Positions 1-8,617 are shown, counted from the stretch's first letter. The stretch is 29,541 nucleotides of DNA from a bacterium (GCA_027021615.1 JALUTY010000085.1:1-29541), one strand, 5' to 3'. The notes: generated by a model not told the origin, from the sequence alone. Program-made: numbers and translations.

Positions 1-2
1 TG

Positions 3-428
3 CCCCCAGCCCCGCAGGGGCCGGCAGTGGAGACGGTCGCGCCGGGCGGGAGCACCCCGGCAGGGGAAGGGGATGGGGCCGCTGCGCCCGAACCGGAGGC
101 GCCGGCCCAGGCGCCCGAGGCCCCCCAGACCCGGGAGGATCCGGCGGAGGAGACCGCAGCGCCGACAACCGCCCCTTTCACCCTGGAGATCCGAGCCACG
201 GAGAAGGCCTGGGTTCGGGTGGTGGCCGACGGCGGCGAGCCCGACGACCAAGTGTTCCGGCCCGGGGAGAGGCGCACCTACGAGGCCCGCAACGGGTTCT
301 CCGTGAAGCTGGGCAACGCCGGCGGGGTACGGTTCGTGTGGAACGGCACCCTCCTCAAGGTGCCCGGTCGGCCGGGGGAGGTGAAGGAGGTGCGGCTGCC
401 CGCGGAGCTGGAGGCCCTGCTGCCGTGA
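3..428 (+). CDS. RodZ-like / DUF4115-domain protein, C-terminal part (5' end outside window)
   Basis: Frame 3 is open from base 3 to the window edge, so the track start at 27 is probably internal. A Pro/Ala/Glu-rich linker is followed by a beta-rich block (FTLEIRATEKAWVRVVADGG...VKLGNAGGVRFVWNG) typical of the RodZ C-terminal domain. Stop TGA 426-428 overlaps the GTG of the next gene. Confidence 0.6.
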   Translation, partial: PPAPQGPAVETVAPGGSTPAGEGDGAAAPEPEAPAQAPEAPQTREDPAEETAAPTTAPFTLEIRATEKAWVRVVADGGEPDDQVFRPGERRTYEARNGFSVKLGNAGGVRFVWNGTLLKVPGRPGEVKEVRLPAELEALLP

Positions 429-1279
429 TCGGTTGGCCCGGCGACCCATTGGCCGCGGCCGCGGCCAGGGCCTTGGGGCCCGCGTTCCGGGCCGAGGTGG
501 CCGTGGTGCTGGGGTCGGGCCTGGGAGAGGTGGCGGGGCCCCTGGAGCGATCTGTTCCTTTTGCTCGGGTGCCCGGACTGTCGTCCTGCGGGGTGCCGGG
601 CCATGCGGGAAGGGTCGGGATCGCCCGGGTGGCGCAGACGCCGGTCGTGGTGTTCCAGGGCCGGCGCCACCTCTACGAGGGGATCTCCCCGGGCCAGGCC
701 GCGTTCCCGATCCGCTTGGCCCGGCGGCTGGGGGCCGGACTGGTGGTGCTGTTCGCTGCGGCCGGCTCCGTGGACCCGGGGCTCGATCCCGGCACCTGGA
801 TGTTCGTGACCGACCACGTGAACAATATGGGCCGCAACCCCCTGGAAGGGGTGCGGTTTCCGGACCGGACCCCCGCGTTCGTGGACCTGACGGGGGTGTA
901 CCGCACCGATCTCTGGCCCGCGTTGGCCCGGACCCCGGGGATTCCCACCGCCCGGGGGGTGTACGCCGCGTTCGCCGGCCCCACCTACGAGACGCCGGCC
1001 GAGGTGCGGTGGGCCCGGAGCCAGGGGGCCCGGGCGGTGGGGATGTCGGTGGTGCCCGAGGCGGTGTGGGCCCGGTTCCTGGGCCTGGACGTGGTGGCCT
1101 GGGCCCGGGTGGCGAACCCCGCGGCCGGGGTCTCGGAGGCGCCGGTGAAGCACGGGGACGTGCTGGCCCAGGTCGGCCGGAACGCGGCCGAGGGGAGGGC
1201 GCTGCTCGAGGCCACGGTCCGGGCGTGGAAGGGGGAGCCCCCATCGGCCGCTACGCGGCCCTCCAACGGAGAAGGGTAA
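425..1279 (+). CDS. purine nucleoside phosphorylase (PNP/MTAP family, PunA type)
   Basis: GTG 425 overlaps the upstream stop (GTGA). Blocks VVLGSGLG, RRHLYEG, FAGPTYETPAE and GMSVVPEA are typical of trimeric PNPs. The track start at 338 lies inside the previous gene. The last codons and stop (GGAGAAGGGTAA) are part of repeat R1. Confidence 0.85.
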   Translation: MIGWPGDPLAAAAARALGPAFRAEVAVVLGSGLGEVAGPLERSVPFARVPGLSSCGVPGHAGRVGIARVAQTPVVVFQGRRHLYEGISPGQAAFPIRLARRLGAGLVVLFAAAGSVDPGLDPGTWMFVTDHVNNMGRNPLEGVRFPDRTPAFVDLTGVYRTDLWPALARTPGIPTARGVYAAFAGPTYETPAEVRWARSQGARAVGMSVVPEAVWARFLGLDVVAWARVANPAAGVSEAPVKHGDVLAQVGRNAAEGRALLEATVRAWKGEPPSAATRPSNGEG

Positions 1280-1520
1280 CGTGCGTTGGTCCGGGGCCGT
1301 TGCGGGCGGCGGGCATGGGGCCTGCGGTTCAGGAGCCAGAGTTCAGGGGACAGAAGCCAGAAAGAAGGCAAAGGCACTGTGGCCAAAGCGACGTCGTGGG
1401 ACCCACGGCCCGTCCCCTGACGTCTGTCCTCTGACCCCTGATTCCCATGCCCCCCGACTCCGGTGTCGAGACGATCTTTCGACCGGCGACCAACGACTGA
1501 CGACCAACGACCGGAGTTAC
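1270..1520. repeat. intergenic repeat family R1, copy a (~250 bp), immediately 3' of the PNP gene
   Basis: By-eye alignment: the reverse complement matches 24296-24525 and 26886-27052. Shared blocks are GGACCAAC.CACGTTACCCTTC, TCTGTCCCCTGAA, ATCAGGGG.CAGA..ACAGA, GGTCGT.GGTCGTCAGTC and GAAGTTAC/GGAGTTAC. Confidence 0.7.
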
Positions 1521-1789
1521 TAAGGCCTACGAAGGTATTGCCAGACGCGGGTGGGGGGCTGGCTCCGGCCGGGCGCGAGTGCGGCACCCCTTTCGCCGCG
1601 CCTTCGCATGCCGTCGTCAGCCAGGTAGGTCGGGGCGCCGGTGGCGGAAGTTCCTGAACTTCCAAGGCGATTCCGGCTTGGTGGGGGCGCGGCGACGTGA
1701 GGGGCCGCGCCCGGCTCTCCACCAGCCCCCCACCCGCTGGTTCCCTTGTGAACGCCGGGGATCTGACAATAGTTTCGTTGGTATTAGTA
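1517..1789. mobile_element. MITE-like foldback element R2, copy a (~273 bp, no coding capacity)
   Basis: Roughly 90% identical by eye to the reverse complement of 21752-22025. Imperfect ~25-bp terminal inverted repeats: TACTAAGGCCTACGAAGGTATTG versus the reverse complement of the right end, TACTAATACCAACGAAACTATTG. Central palindrome GGAAGTTCCTGAACTTCC (1646-1663) sits exactly at the midpoint. A perfect 16-bp internal stem pairs GCGGGTGGGGGGCTGG (1547-1562) with CCAGCCCCCCACCCGC (1722-1737). Confidence 0.6.
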
Positions 1790-1912
1790 CATGGAAGCCC
1801 TCGGAAGGTTGTTGAGGAGGCGGCGGAAAGGCGGGTGCGCTTGCCCCTCCGCAATGGGTGGTAGCTCCGATTTGGCCGCTGGGTTCATCACACCGATCAG
1901 CGAGACGAGACC

Positions 1913-2956
1913 TTGACCGACGAGCGAAACGAACCGACCCCGGTCCCCGAGGGGCCGATCAAGGCGGTGAGCCTCCTATCCGGGGGGCTCGACTCGATCC
2001 TGGCCACCCGGGTGGTGCAGGACCAGGGGGTGGAAGTGCTGGCTCTCCACTTCATCACCCCCTTTTTCGGGGGCCGCGGGCGGGGCCGCGAGGCCGAGGT
2101 GGAGGCGTTCTTCCGGGAGAGGTACGGGTTGAACGCCCGGGTGGTGGACGTGTCGGACGAGTACATGGACGTCCTGGCCAACCCCCGGTACGGGTACGGC
2201 AAGAACTTCAACCCGTGCATCGACTGCAAGATCTTTCTGGTGCGCAAGGCCCTGGAGATCCTGCGCCAGGAGGGGGCGCGGTTCCTGATCACGGGCGAGG
2301 TGTTGGGGCAGCGTCCCATGAGCCAGCGCCGGGACGCCATGAACGCCGTGGCCCGGCAGTCGGGCGCGCGGGACATCATCCTGCGGCCGCTTTCGGCCCA
2401 GCTGATGCCGATCACGGCGCCGGAACGTCACGGGTGGGTGGACCGGAAGAGGCTGTTCGGGTTCCGGGGCCGGTCCCGGAAGCCCCAGATGGAGCTGGCC
2501 GAGCGAATGGGGATCACCGAGTATCCGAGCCCGGCGGGGGGGTGCTATCTCACCGATCCCACCCTGGCGAACCGGGTGCGCAGGTACTTCGAGGAGGTGC
2601 CGGCGGACGAGCGTTCCAGCGAGGACGTGCAGCTCCTGCTGGCCGGCCGGCCGTTCCGGCTGCCCGGCGGCAGCTGGCTGACCCTGGGCCGGAACCAGGG
2701 GGAGAACCGGGCGGTGGCCGGCCTGGCCCGGCCCGGCGACCGGTTCCTGAAGGCCCGGGAGGTGCCGGGCCCCCTGGGGCTGGTGCGGCTCCGGAGGCCG
2801 GATGATCTGCCCCTGGCGGCCGGCGTGCTGCTGCGGTACTGCCCGAAGGCCGGTCCCGAGCACGAGGTGGGGGTGGGGCCGGCTCCGGACGACCTGCCCG
2901 AGAGCGTTCGGGCCGTGCGGGCGGCCGAGGAGCAGATCGGGGCCTGGAGGTTCTGA
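1913..2956 (+). CDS. PP-loop ATP pyrophosphatase family protein (ThiI/MnmA-like, probable tRNA/cofactor thiolation enzyme)
   Basis: TTG 1913 is the first possible start after the in-frame TAG at 1862-1864. PP-loop AVSLLSGGLDS lies near the N-terminus. NPCIDCK and ITGEVLGQRPMSQ blocks are present. The substrate cannot be assigned from sequence alone. Confidence 0.7.
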   Translation: MTDERNEPTPVPEGPIKAVSLLSGGLDSILATRVVQDQGVEVLALHFITPFFGGRGRGREAEVEAFFRERYGLNARVVDVSDEYMDVLANPRYGYGKNFNPCIDCKIFLVRKALEILRQEGARFLITGEVLGQRPMSQRRDAMNAVARQSGARDIILRPLSAQLMPITAPERHGWVDRKRLFGFRGRSRKPQMELAERMGITEYPSPAGGCYLTDPTLANRVRRYFEEVPADERSSEDVQLLLAGRPFRLPGGSWLTLGRNQGENRAVAGLARPGDRFLKAREVPGPLGLVRLRRPDDLPLAAGVLLRYCPKAGPEHEVGVGPAPDDLPESVRAVRAAEEQIGAWRF

Positions 2957-2996
2957 CCGGGTGCGCCGTTCTGCCGACCTCGCCTCGTACCGCCAC

Positions 2997-5087
2997 ATGC
3001 GCTCGGTGCTCGCCACCCCGCTCACCGGCGTGCGGGGGGTGGGGCCGAAGGTGGCGGAGAAGCTGGCCCGCAAGGGGCTCCGGACCCTGGGCGACGCGTT
3101 GGTGTTCCTGCCCCTGCGCCACGAGGACCGAACCCGGCCGGCCCCTCTCCACCGGCTCGTCCCGGGCGACACCGTGGCGTTCCGGGGCCGGATCGAGTCG
3201 ATCGGGATCCGCGACTACCACCGCCGCCGGGTGCTGGAGGCCCGGCTCACCGACGGCAACGGCTGGGTCACCCTCAAATGGTTCCGGGGAAACTTCGGGT
3301 GGCTCCAGGGCCGGTATCCGCCGGGAACCGTGGTGGCGGGCTCCGGCGCCGTGCGGATGTTCCAGGGCCGGGCCGAGATCCACCACCCCGAGCTCGAGCC
3401 CCTGGAGAACGATCGCGACCCGGCCGGGTTCGAGCGGGTGGTGCCCGTGTACTCCGAGGTGGAGGGGGTCCACCCCAAGGCCCTCCGCCGAATCCTCGAG
3501 TCCGTCCTGGACCAGGCGCTCCCCGCCGTGGTGGACCTGATCCCTCCCCACCTGGCCGACGAGCTCGGCCTTCCCCCCATGGCCCGAGCGTTCCAGGAGG
3601 TCCACTTCCCCAGCCGAGGGGGGCCGGACCTGCCCCGGTGGGTGGCCCGACACCGCCAGGCCTTGGTGCTGGAGGAGTTCTTCTTCCTCCAGCTGGGGCT
3701 CCTGCTCCGTCGGGAGGGAAAGGGCCCGGTGGAGGGGATCGCCTTCCGGCCGGACTTTCGGCTGATCAAGCCCTTGCTCGACACCCTGCCGTTTCGCCTC
3801 ACCCGTGCCCAGCGCCGGGTGCTGGGGGAGATCCGGCGCGACATGGAGGCGCCCCGGCCCATGCACCGGCTGCTCCAGGGCGACGTGGGCAGCGGCAAGA
3901 CCCTGGTGGCCCTCCTGAGCGCGCTCATGGCCGTGGAGTCGGGCTTCCAGACGGCGATCATGGCGCCCACCGAGATCCTGGCCGAGCAGCACGCCCTCAA
4001 TCTGAAGCGGATGTGCCGGCCCATCGGGGTGGAGGTGGGGTGCCTGACCAGCTCCACCCCCCGAGCCGAGCGCGACGAGGTCCTCGAGGCCCTGCGCACC
4101 GGCGCCCTGCCCATCGTGGTGGGGACCCACGCCCTCATCCAGGACCCGGTGGAGTTCCACCGCTTGGGGCTCGTCGTGGTGGACGAGCAGCACCGGTTCG
4201 GGGTGCTCCAGCGGGCGGGCCTCCTCAGGAAGGGGCGCAACCCCGACCTTCTGGTGATGACCGCCACGCCGATCCCCCGCAGCCTGTCGCTCACCGTGTA
4301 CGGGGACCTGGATCTCTCGGTGATCGACGAGCTGCCCCCGGGCCGCCAGCCCGTCGCGACCCGGGTGGTGCGGGAGCGCGACCTGCCCAAGGTGTATGCC
4401 TTCGTTCGCGAGCAGGTGGGCCGGGGGCGCCAGGCCTACCTGGTGTACCCCCTGGTGGAGGAGAGCGAGGCCCTGGATCTCCGCGCGGCCACCACCATGG
4501 CCGAGCACTTCCAGGGCGAGGTGTTCCCCGACCTGAGGGTCGGGCTCCTGCACGGACGCATGCGGGCCGACGAGAAAGAAGCGGTCATGGCCGCGTTCGC
4601 GGCCGGCGAGGTCCAGGTGCTGGTGTCCACCACCGTGATCGAGGTGGGGATCGACGTGCCCAACGCCACGGTCATGGTGGTGGAGCACGCCGAGCGGTTC
4701 GGCCTGGCCCAGCTGCACCAGCTGCGGGGCCGGGTGGGCCGGGGGGCGGAGCGGTCCTACTGCGTGCTGGTGGCCGGCCGGGAGGCCGGGCGGGACGGCT
4801 GGGAGCGGCTGCGGGTGCTCGCAAGCACCTCGGACGGGTTTCGGATCGCAGAGGAGGACCTGCGCATCCGGGGACCGGGCGACCTGCTGGGGACCCGCCA
4901 GTCCGGGCTGCCGGACTTCCGCATCGGCAACATTCTCCGCGACGGACCTCTGCTCCAGGTGGCTCGGGATCTGGCCGCCCGGGTGCTCGCCGAGGACCCG
5001 GGCCTGCGGGCCGGCCGGTACCCGGCCCTCCGCGAGGCCCTGCAGGATCGGTGGGCCGGTCGGCTGGAGCTGGCCAAGGTGGGGTAG
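2997..5087 (+). CDS. recG: ATP-dependent DNA helicase RecG
   Basis: ATG 2997 gives MRSVLATPLTGVRGVGPKVAEKL, a typical RecG N-terminus; GTG 2961 is an alternative. Helicase motif I GDVGSGKT, motif II VVVDEQHRFGV, MTATPIPR and QLRGRVGRG are present. The track start at 2802 overlaps the previous gene. Confidence 0.9.
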   Translation: MRSVLATPLTGVRGVGPKVAEKLARKGLRTLGDALVFLPLRHEDRTRPAPLHRLVPGDTVAFRGRIESIGIRDYHRRRVLEARLTDGNGWVTLKWFRGNFGWLQGRYPPGTVVAGSGAVRMFQGRAEIHHPELEPLENDRDPAGFERVVPVYSEVEGVHPKALRRILESVLDQALPAVVDLIPPHLADELGLPPMARAFQEVHFPSRGGPDLPRWVARHRQALVLEEFFFLQLGLLLRREGKGPVEGIAFRPDFRLIKPLLDTLPFRLTRAQRRVLGEIRRDMEAPRPMHRLLQGDVGSGKTLVALLSALMAVESGFQTAIMAPTEILAEQHALNLKRMCRPIGVEVGCLTSSTPRAERDEVLEALRTGALPIVVGTHALIQDPVEFHRLGLVVVDEQHRFGVLQRAGLLRKGRNPDLLVMTATPIPRSLSLTVYGDLDLSVIDELPPGRQPVATRVVRERDLPKVYAFVREQVGRGRQAYLVYPLVEESEALDLRAATTMAEHFQGEVFPDLRVGLLHGRMRADEKEAVMAAFAAGEVQVLVSTTVIEVGIDVPNATVMVVEHAERFGLAQLHQLRGRVGRGAERSYCVLVAGREAGRDGWERLRVLASTSDGFRIAEEDLRIRGPGDLLGTRQSGLPDFRIGNILRDGPLLQVARDLAARVLAEDPGLRAGRYPALREALQDRWAGRLELAKVG

Positions 5088-5090
5088 GGG

Positions 5091-6230
5091 CTAGCCTTCC
5101 GGCCCCTCTTCCATCAACCCCGCCACGATCCGCTCGGCGGCCTTCCCGTCCCAAAGCTCCGGCACGCGCCCCGCCTTGCCCCGGCCGTCCAGGGCCTTGC
5201 GGGCCTCGGTTTTGATCGCCTCCGGGTTCGTGCCCACCAGGGTGTTGGTCCCCTCCCAGATCGTGACCGGCCGCTCCGTGTTCTCCCGCAGGGTCAGGCA
5301 CGGGATGCCCAGGGCCGTGGTCTCCTCCTGGAGCCCGCCCGAGTCGGTCAGCACCAGGGCCGCGTCCTTCCAGAGGTTCAGGAAGTCCAGGTAGCCCAGG
5401 GGCTCGGTCACGTACAGCCCTGGGTTGAGCCGCCCCTCCGGCTCGGGAAGGGGCCGGAACCCGCTGTCGATCCCGAACTCGCGGGCCATCTTTCGGGTGC
5501 GGGGGTGGATCGGGAACACGATGGGCAGGTCCCGGGCCACCTCCTCGATGGCGCCCAGGAGCCGGGTGAGGACCTCGCGGCGGTCCACGTTGCTGGGGCG
5601 GTGAAGGGTCAGGACGCCGTATCGCTGGCCCGGGGCCACCGGGGGCCGAAGCCCCAGGTGCGGCAGCCGCCGCACCTGGGCAAGCAGGGTGTCGATCATC
5701 ACGTTGCCCACGAACCGGATCTTCTCCGGGGGTACGCCCTCGGCCCTCAGGTTCTCGTCGGCGTCGCGGCTGGTGGTGAACAGCAGGTCGGCCACCGCGT
5801 CGGTGACCAGGCGGTTGATCTCCTCGGGCATGGTGCGGTCGCGGCTCCGGAGCCCTGCCTCCACGTGGCACACCTGGATGCCCATCTTCACCGCCACCAG
5901 GCTCGCGGCCATGGTGGAGTTCACGTCGCCCACCACCAGCACCCAGTCGGGCCGCTCGGCCTCGCACACCTCCTCGAACCGCAGCATCACGTGGGCCGTC
6001 TGAAACGTGTGGGTCCCGGAGCCCACCTCCAGGTCCACGTGGGGGGGCGGGATCTGGAGGTCTTCGAAGAACGTCTTATACATGCGCTCGTCGTAGTGCT
6101 GACCCGTGTGCACCAGACGGTGCTCGATGGGGCGGTCGGGGTGGGTATCGTTCCAGGAGCGGATCGCACGCACGATGGGGGCGATCTTCATGAAGTTGGG
6201 CCGGGCACCCACCACGAGGAGAATCTTCAT
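5091..6230 (-). CDS. wecB: UDP-N-acetylglucosamine 2-epimerase (non-hydrolysing)
   Basis: ATG 6230 is preceded by AAAGGAG. MKILLVVGARPNFMKIAP, HTGQHYD, HVEAGLRS and DSGGLQEE blocks are present. The track start at 6335 is an unsupported extension. The gene is convergent with recG, with only 3 nt between stops. Confidence 0.9.
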   Translation of the reverse strand: MKILLVVGARPNFMKIAPIVRAIRSWNDTHPDRPIEHRLVHTGQHYDERMYKTFFEDLQIPPPHVDLEVGSGTHTFQTAHVMLRFEEVCEAERPDWVLVVGDVNSTMAASLVAVKMGIQVCHVEAGLRSRDRTMPEEINRLVTDAVADLLFTTSRDADENLRAEGVPPEKIRFVGNVMIDTLLAQVRRLPHLGLRPPVAPGQRYGVLTLHRPSNVDRREVLTRLLGAIEEVARDLPIVFPIHPRTRKMAREFGIDSGFRPLPEPEGRLNPGLYVTEPLGYLDFLNLWKDAALVLTDSGGLQEETTALGIPCLTLRENTERPVTIWEGTNTLVGTNPEAIKTEARKALDGRGKAGRVPELWDGKAAERIVAGLMEEGPEG

Positions 6231-6370
6231 GGGGAACGGCGCTCCTTTCGCGGGCCGGAACGGAGACACGGCGGCCCACTTTGCCACAGCCCCCGGCCCA
6301 GGGGCAACATCAACATCATGCGGCCGTGAGAGCAAACAGAGGCCAGGAGCCGCGCCGGCGGGGCTTGGAA

Positions 6371-6415
6371 GTTCCTAGCTTTCCAGCCTCCTAGCCTTCT
6401 AGCTTTCCAGCCTCC
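6371..6415. repeat. 8-nt-phased CTAG micro-array (units CTTTCCAG/CCTCCTAG/CCTTCTAG)
   Basis: Read directly: CCTAG|CTTTCCAG|CCTCCTAG|CCTTCTAG|CTTTCCAG|CCTCC. The same unit family occurs at 12637-12660, 21304-21351, 26033-26072 and 26788-26819. Confidence 0.75.
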
Positions 6416-6424
6416 CCGCCGAGA

Positions 6425-6634
6425 TCACTCGTCGTCCCGGAACTGGGGCGGCAGGGGCTGGGGGCCGGGAACGATGCCGGCGATGTCCGGATCCTCGCCG
6501 TCGTCCGGTCGGGGCGGCTCTTGGGCCTTCCGCTCCCGGGCCTCGGCCCGGCGGGCCTGCTTCTCCATGCGCCGCTCCTGCCGGGCCTTCTCCCGGGCCC
6601 GTTTCTGGTAGGTCTGTTTGGTGCGTCTCGCCAT
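6425..6634 (-). CDS. small basic hypothetical protein (69 aa)
   Basis: ATG 6634 is preceded by GAAAGGAG. The N-terminal half is Lys/Arg/Glu-rich (coiled-coil-like) and the tail is Pro/Asp-rich. Codon position 3 is G/C-rich. No domain recognised. It lies directly behind the csp terminator, which lowers confidence. Confidence 0.45.
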   Translation of the reverse strand: MARRTKQTYQKRAREKARQERRMEKQARRAEARERKAQEPPRPDDGEDPDIAGIVPGPQPLPPQFRDDE

Positions 6635-6670
6635 GGGATGGCTCCTTTCTCGGTCGGGGCGTCGGTAACG

Positions 6671-6703
6671 AAAAAACGCGGGTCCCCCTGGGGGAACCCG
6701 CGC
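6671..6703 (-). terminator. Rho-independent terminator of the cold-shock gene
   Basis: The minus strand reads GCGCGGGTTCCCCCAGGGGGACCCGCG followed by TTTTTT, about 25-30 nt after the csp stop. A second small hairpin, CCGTCGGCCCCCGACGG, lies just before it. Confidence 0.8.
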
Positions 6704-6730
6704 CGTTTCGTCCGTCGGGGGCCGACGGTT

Positions 6731-6934
6731 CTACACGGGCCGGACGTTGGAGGCCTGGGGGCCCTTCATGCCGGGGACCGCGTCGAACTCCACGGTCTGA
6801 CCCTCGGTCAGGGTCTTGAATCCTTCGCCCTGGATCGCGCTGAAGTGCACGAACAGGTCTGCGCCCCCGTTCTCGGGGGTGACGAAGCCGTAGCCCTTTT
6901 GGTCGTTGAACCACTTCACGGTGCCTTTGGCCAT
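6731..6934 (-). CDS. cold-shock protein, CspA family (67 aa)
   Basis: [18 protein letters not shown] carries RNP-1 (KGYGFV), and DLFVHFSAI is the RNP-2 region. ATG 6934 is preceded by AAAGGAGAAGG. The track ORF (to 7294) is an unsupported extension. Confidence 0.95.
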   Translation of the reverse strand: MAKGTVKWFNDQKGYGFVTPENGGADLFVHFSAIQGEGFKTLTEGQTVEFDAVPGMKGPQASNVRPV

Positions 6935-7217
6935 GTTGCCTTCTCCTTTGTCTGGGACCTCTGATCCCGGGTGTGTGTGCAACCGCGATGGCGCCAAGCC
7001 CAGACCGAGGAACCCAATCCCAGACTCCGGAACACGTCCATCCAATTGCGTCGAAAACGTCTGCGGGTGAGCGGAAACACAAAAAGCGGAAGAGGCCACG
7101 GTCGCCTCTCCCGCCTGGGTTCGCACACCGAAACTGCCGTCTTGGGCCGCGTCGCAGCCCCTTTGTTGTGGAACACACCCTACGCCCCTTAGGGGGCGGA
7201 TGCAAGGAGAAAAAGAT

Positions 7218-7973
7218 CTAGCCTTGTATTCTCTCCCCCGGCGAAGGCAGCGGGCCCACGGCGGCCAGGTAGTAGGCGAACTCCTCCTCCCCATCCACCC
7301 CGAGCACCCGGTTCATCTCCCCATCGAAGAACGCGGCCACGGGGCAGCAGCCCAGGCCCGACGCCTCGGCCGCCAACGCCAGGTTCTGGCACACGTGCCC
7401 CAGGTCCAGGCCCAGGTACCGCAGGGCCCGTTCTCCGTACTTCCACGCGGCCCGGGGGTACACGGCGGTCCACACGAACACGGCTGCCGCCCGGGCGAGG
7501 AACCCCTGGGCCAAGGCGGCCAACGCGATCCTCCGGCCGTGGTGACCTTCGTCCAGAACCTCCAGCGCGAACCCGGCTACGTCGAAATGGGCGAGGCACG
7601 GGGCGAGCCCCTCCACCGCCTGGACCGAGACGTAGGTCTCGAACGGGTACAGGGCCCCGGCCGAGGGCGCAGTACGAAGCAGACACGGCCCCTGCCGGGC
7701 GGTCACGCCCTGGCAGGCCCACAGGAGGGCCGCCAAGGCCTCGAGCGGGATCGGCTTCCCCGTGAACTCCCGGCGGGACCGCCGCCGGGCCAGCACGTCC
7801 CACAGGTCGGCCGGGGGCGTCCGGAGAGCGCCGGGCCGGGGCAGCGGAACCCGGCGACGGTCGGGATACCTCTTGAACGCCTCGGGCTTGCGGGACCAGT
7901 CGAGCCTGCGGGGCGAAAGGGTGTCGGGGTCCAGGTCGGTCAGGTCCCGCCACCGTCGGAGTTCCTCAGCCAT
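7218..7973 (-). CDS. SagB/ThcOx-type dehydrogenase (nitroreductase fold)
   Basis: [17 protein letters not shown] and C-terminal [10 protein letters not shown] blocks are typical of nitroreductase-fold SagB-type proteins. ATG 7973 is preceded by AAGGGGGA. It is the last gene of the ECF/thioredoxin gene string. Confidence 0.7.
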   Translation of the reverse strand: MAEELRRWRDLTDLDPDTLSPRRLDWSRKPEAFKRYPDRRRVPLPRPGALRTPPADLWDVLARRRSRREFTGKPIPLEALAALLWACQGVTARQGPCLLRTAPSAGALYPFETYVSVQAVEGLAPCLAHFDVAGFALEVLDEGHHGRRIALAALAQGFLARAAAVFVWTAVYPRAAWKYGERALRYLGLDLGHVCQNLALAAEASGLGCCPVAAFFDGEMNRVLGVDGEEEFAYYLAAVGPLPSPGERIQG

Positions 7974-7991
7974 GGTCCCCCTTCTCTTCGT

Positions 7992-8522
7992 TCACTGCGC
8001 GGGCTTCTCCTCGAGCAGTCGCCGGACCTTCTCCTCCATGTCCCGGCCGATATCGGGGCTGAAGCCCATGAACGAGTGCCGCAGGTACCCGGCCCGGTCG
8101 ATCAGGAAGGCCTGAGGGATCGAGGGGATGCCCCCGTAGGCCATGCGGGTGGTCTCGTCCACCCGGACCACCGGGTAGTTGAAGGTGGTTCGGGCCATGA
8201 ACTTGGCCAGCTCGTCCGGGTCCTGGTCCATGTTCATGCCGATCACCACAAGCCCCTCTTTCCGGTACTTCCGCTGGAGCTCCACCAGGTGGGGAATGGC
8301 GACCCGACACGGCGGGCACCAGGTGGCCCAGAAGTCCAGGAGTACCACCTTGCCCCGGAGGTCCGACAGGCGCACTCGGTTGCCGTCGACACTGACCAGA
8401 TCGAAGTCCGGGGCCGGCTTGGGCTGCCGACCCTTCTCCTCGGTCTTCGAGCAGGCCGACCCGAGCACGAGTAGGAACGCCACCACCAAGGCCCCCCATC
8501 CTTTCCCCCATCGAAGGCCCAT
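7992..8522 (-). CDS. TlpA/ResA-family thiol:disulfide oxidoreductase, probable lipoprotein
   Basis: ATG 8522 is preceded by GGAGGG. The signal peptide ends LLVLGSAC (lipobox-like). Thioredoxin-fold active site is WATWCPPC. The track start at 8789 is an extension. Confidence 0.85.
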   Translation of the reverse strand: MGLRWGKGWGALVVAFLLVLGSACSKTEEKGRQPKPAPDFDLVSVDGNRVRLSDLRGKVVLLDFWATWCPPCRVAIPHLVELQRKYRKEGLVVIGMNMDQDPDELAKFMARTTFNYPVVRVDETTRMAYGGIPSIPQAFLIDRAGYLRHSFMGFSPDIGRDMEEKVRRLLEEKPAQ

Positions 8523-8617
8523 CACCGATCCCTCCAAACGAAACCCCAAGGAAAACAAAGGCGCAGGCCTTAGCCTGCGCCGCGTCCGCGGGGCCCCCGG
8601 CCCCGTCGGCACTACCC

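Noticed and set aside
9-21. GCCCCGCAGGGGC hairpin motif at the very start of the window, resembling the intergenic GGCCCCGCAGGGGCC hairpins
   Set aside because: It lies inside the Pro/Ala-rich coding region of the RodZ-like gene. The match is short and plausibly coincidental in this GC context.
1579-1815. 78-aa ORF inside MITE copy a, whose peptide is also 'conserved' inside copy b (21754..22254 minus strand)
   Set aside because: The conservation simply follows the ~90% nucleotide identity of the repeat. There is no RBS, the composition is extremely basic Arg-rich, and the ORF spans the palindrome apex. I treat it as non-coding.
1830-1912. Checked intergenic stretches (1790-1912, 21500-21750, 13820-13888) for tRNA or other small RNA genes
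   Set aside because: No cloverleaf-compatible acceptor/T-arm (GTTCGAATC-like) sequences or other recognisable RNA family signatures were found.
2550-4718. 722-aa minus-strand ORF antisense to recG. Similar long ORFs occur at 3278..5215 (+), 10187..12568 (-), 19516..21339 (+), 22029..23648 (+), 24360..25880 (-) and 27370..28560 (+).
   Set aside because: These are Arg/Gly/Pro/Ala-rich low-complexity translations lying opposite to, or out of frame with, genes that have clear family motifs. They are typical stop-codon-poor shadow ORFs of a high-GC genome.
6371-6415. Short tandem repeats considered as a CRISPR array
   Set aside because: The units are 8 nt and contiguous, with no spacers, no leader and no cas genes. 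It is not CRISPR.
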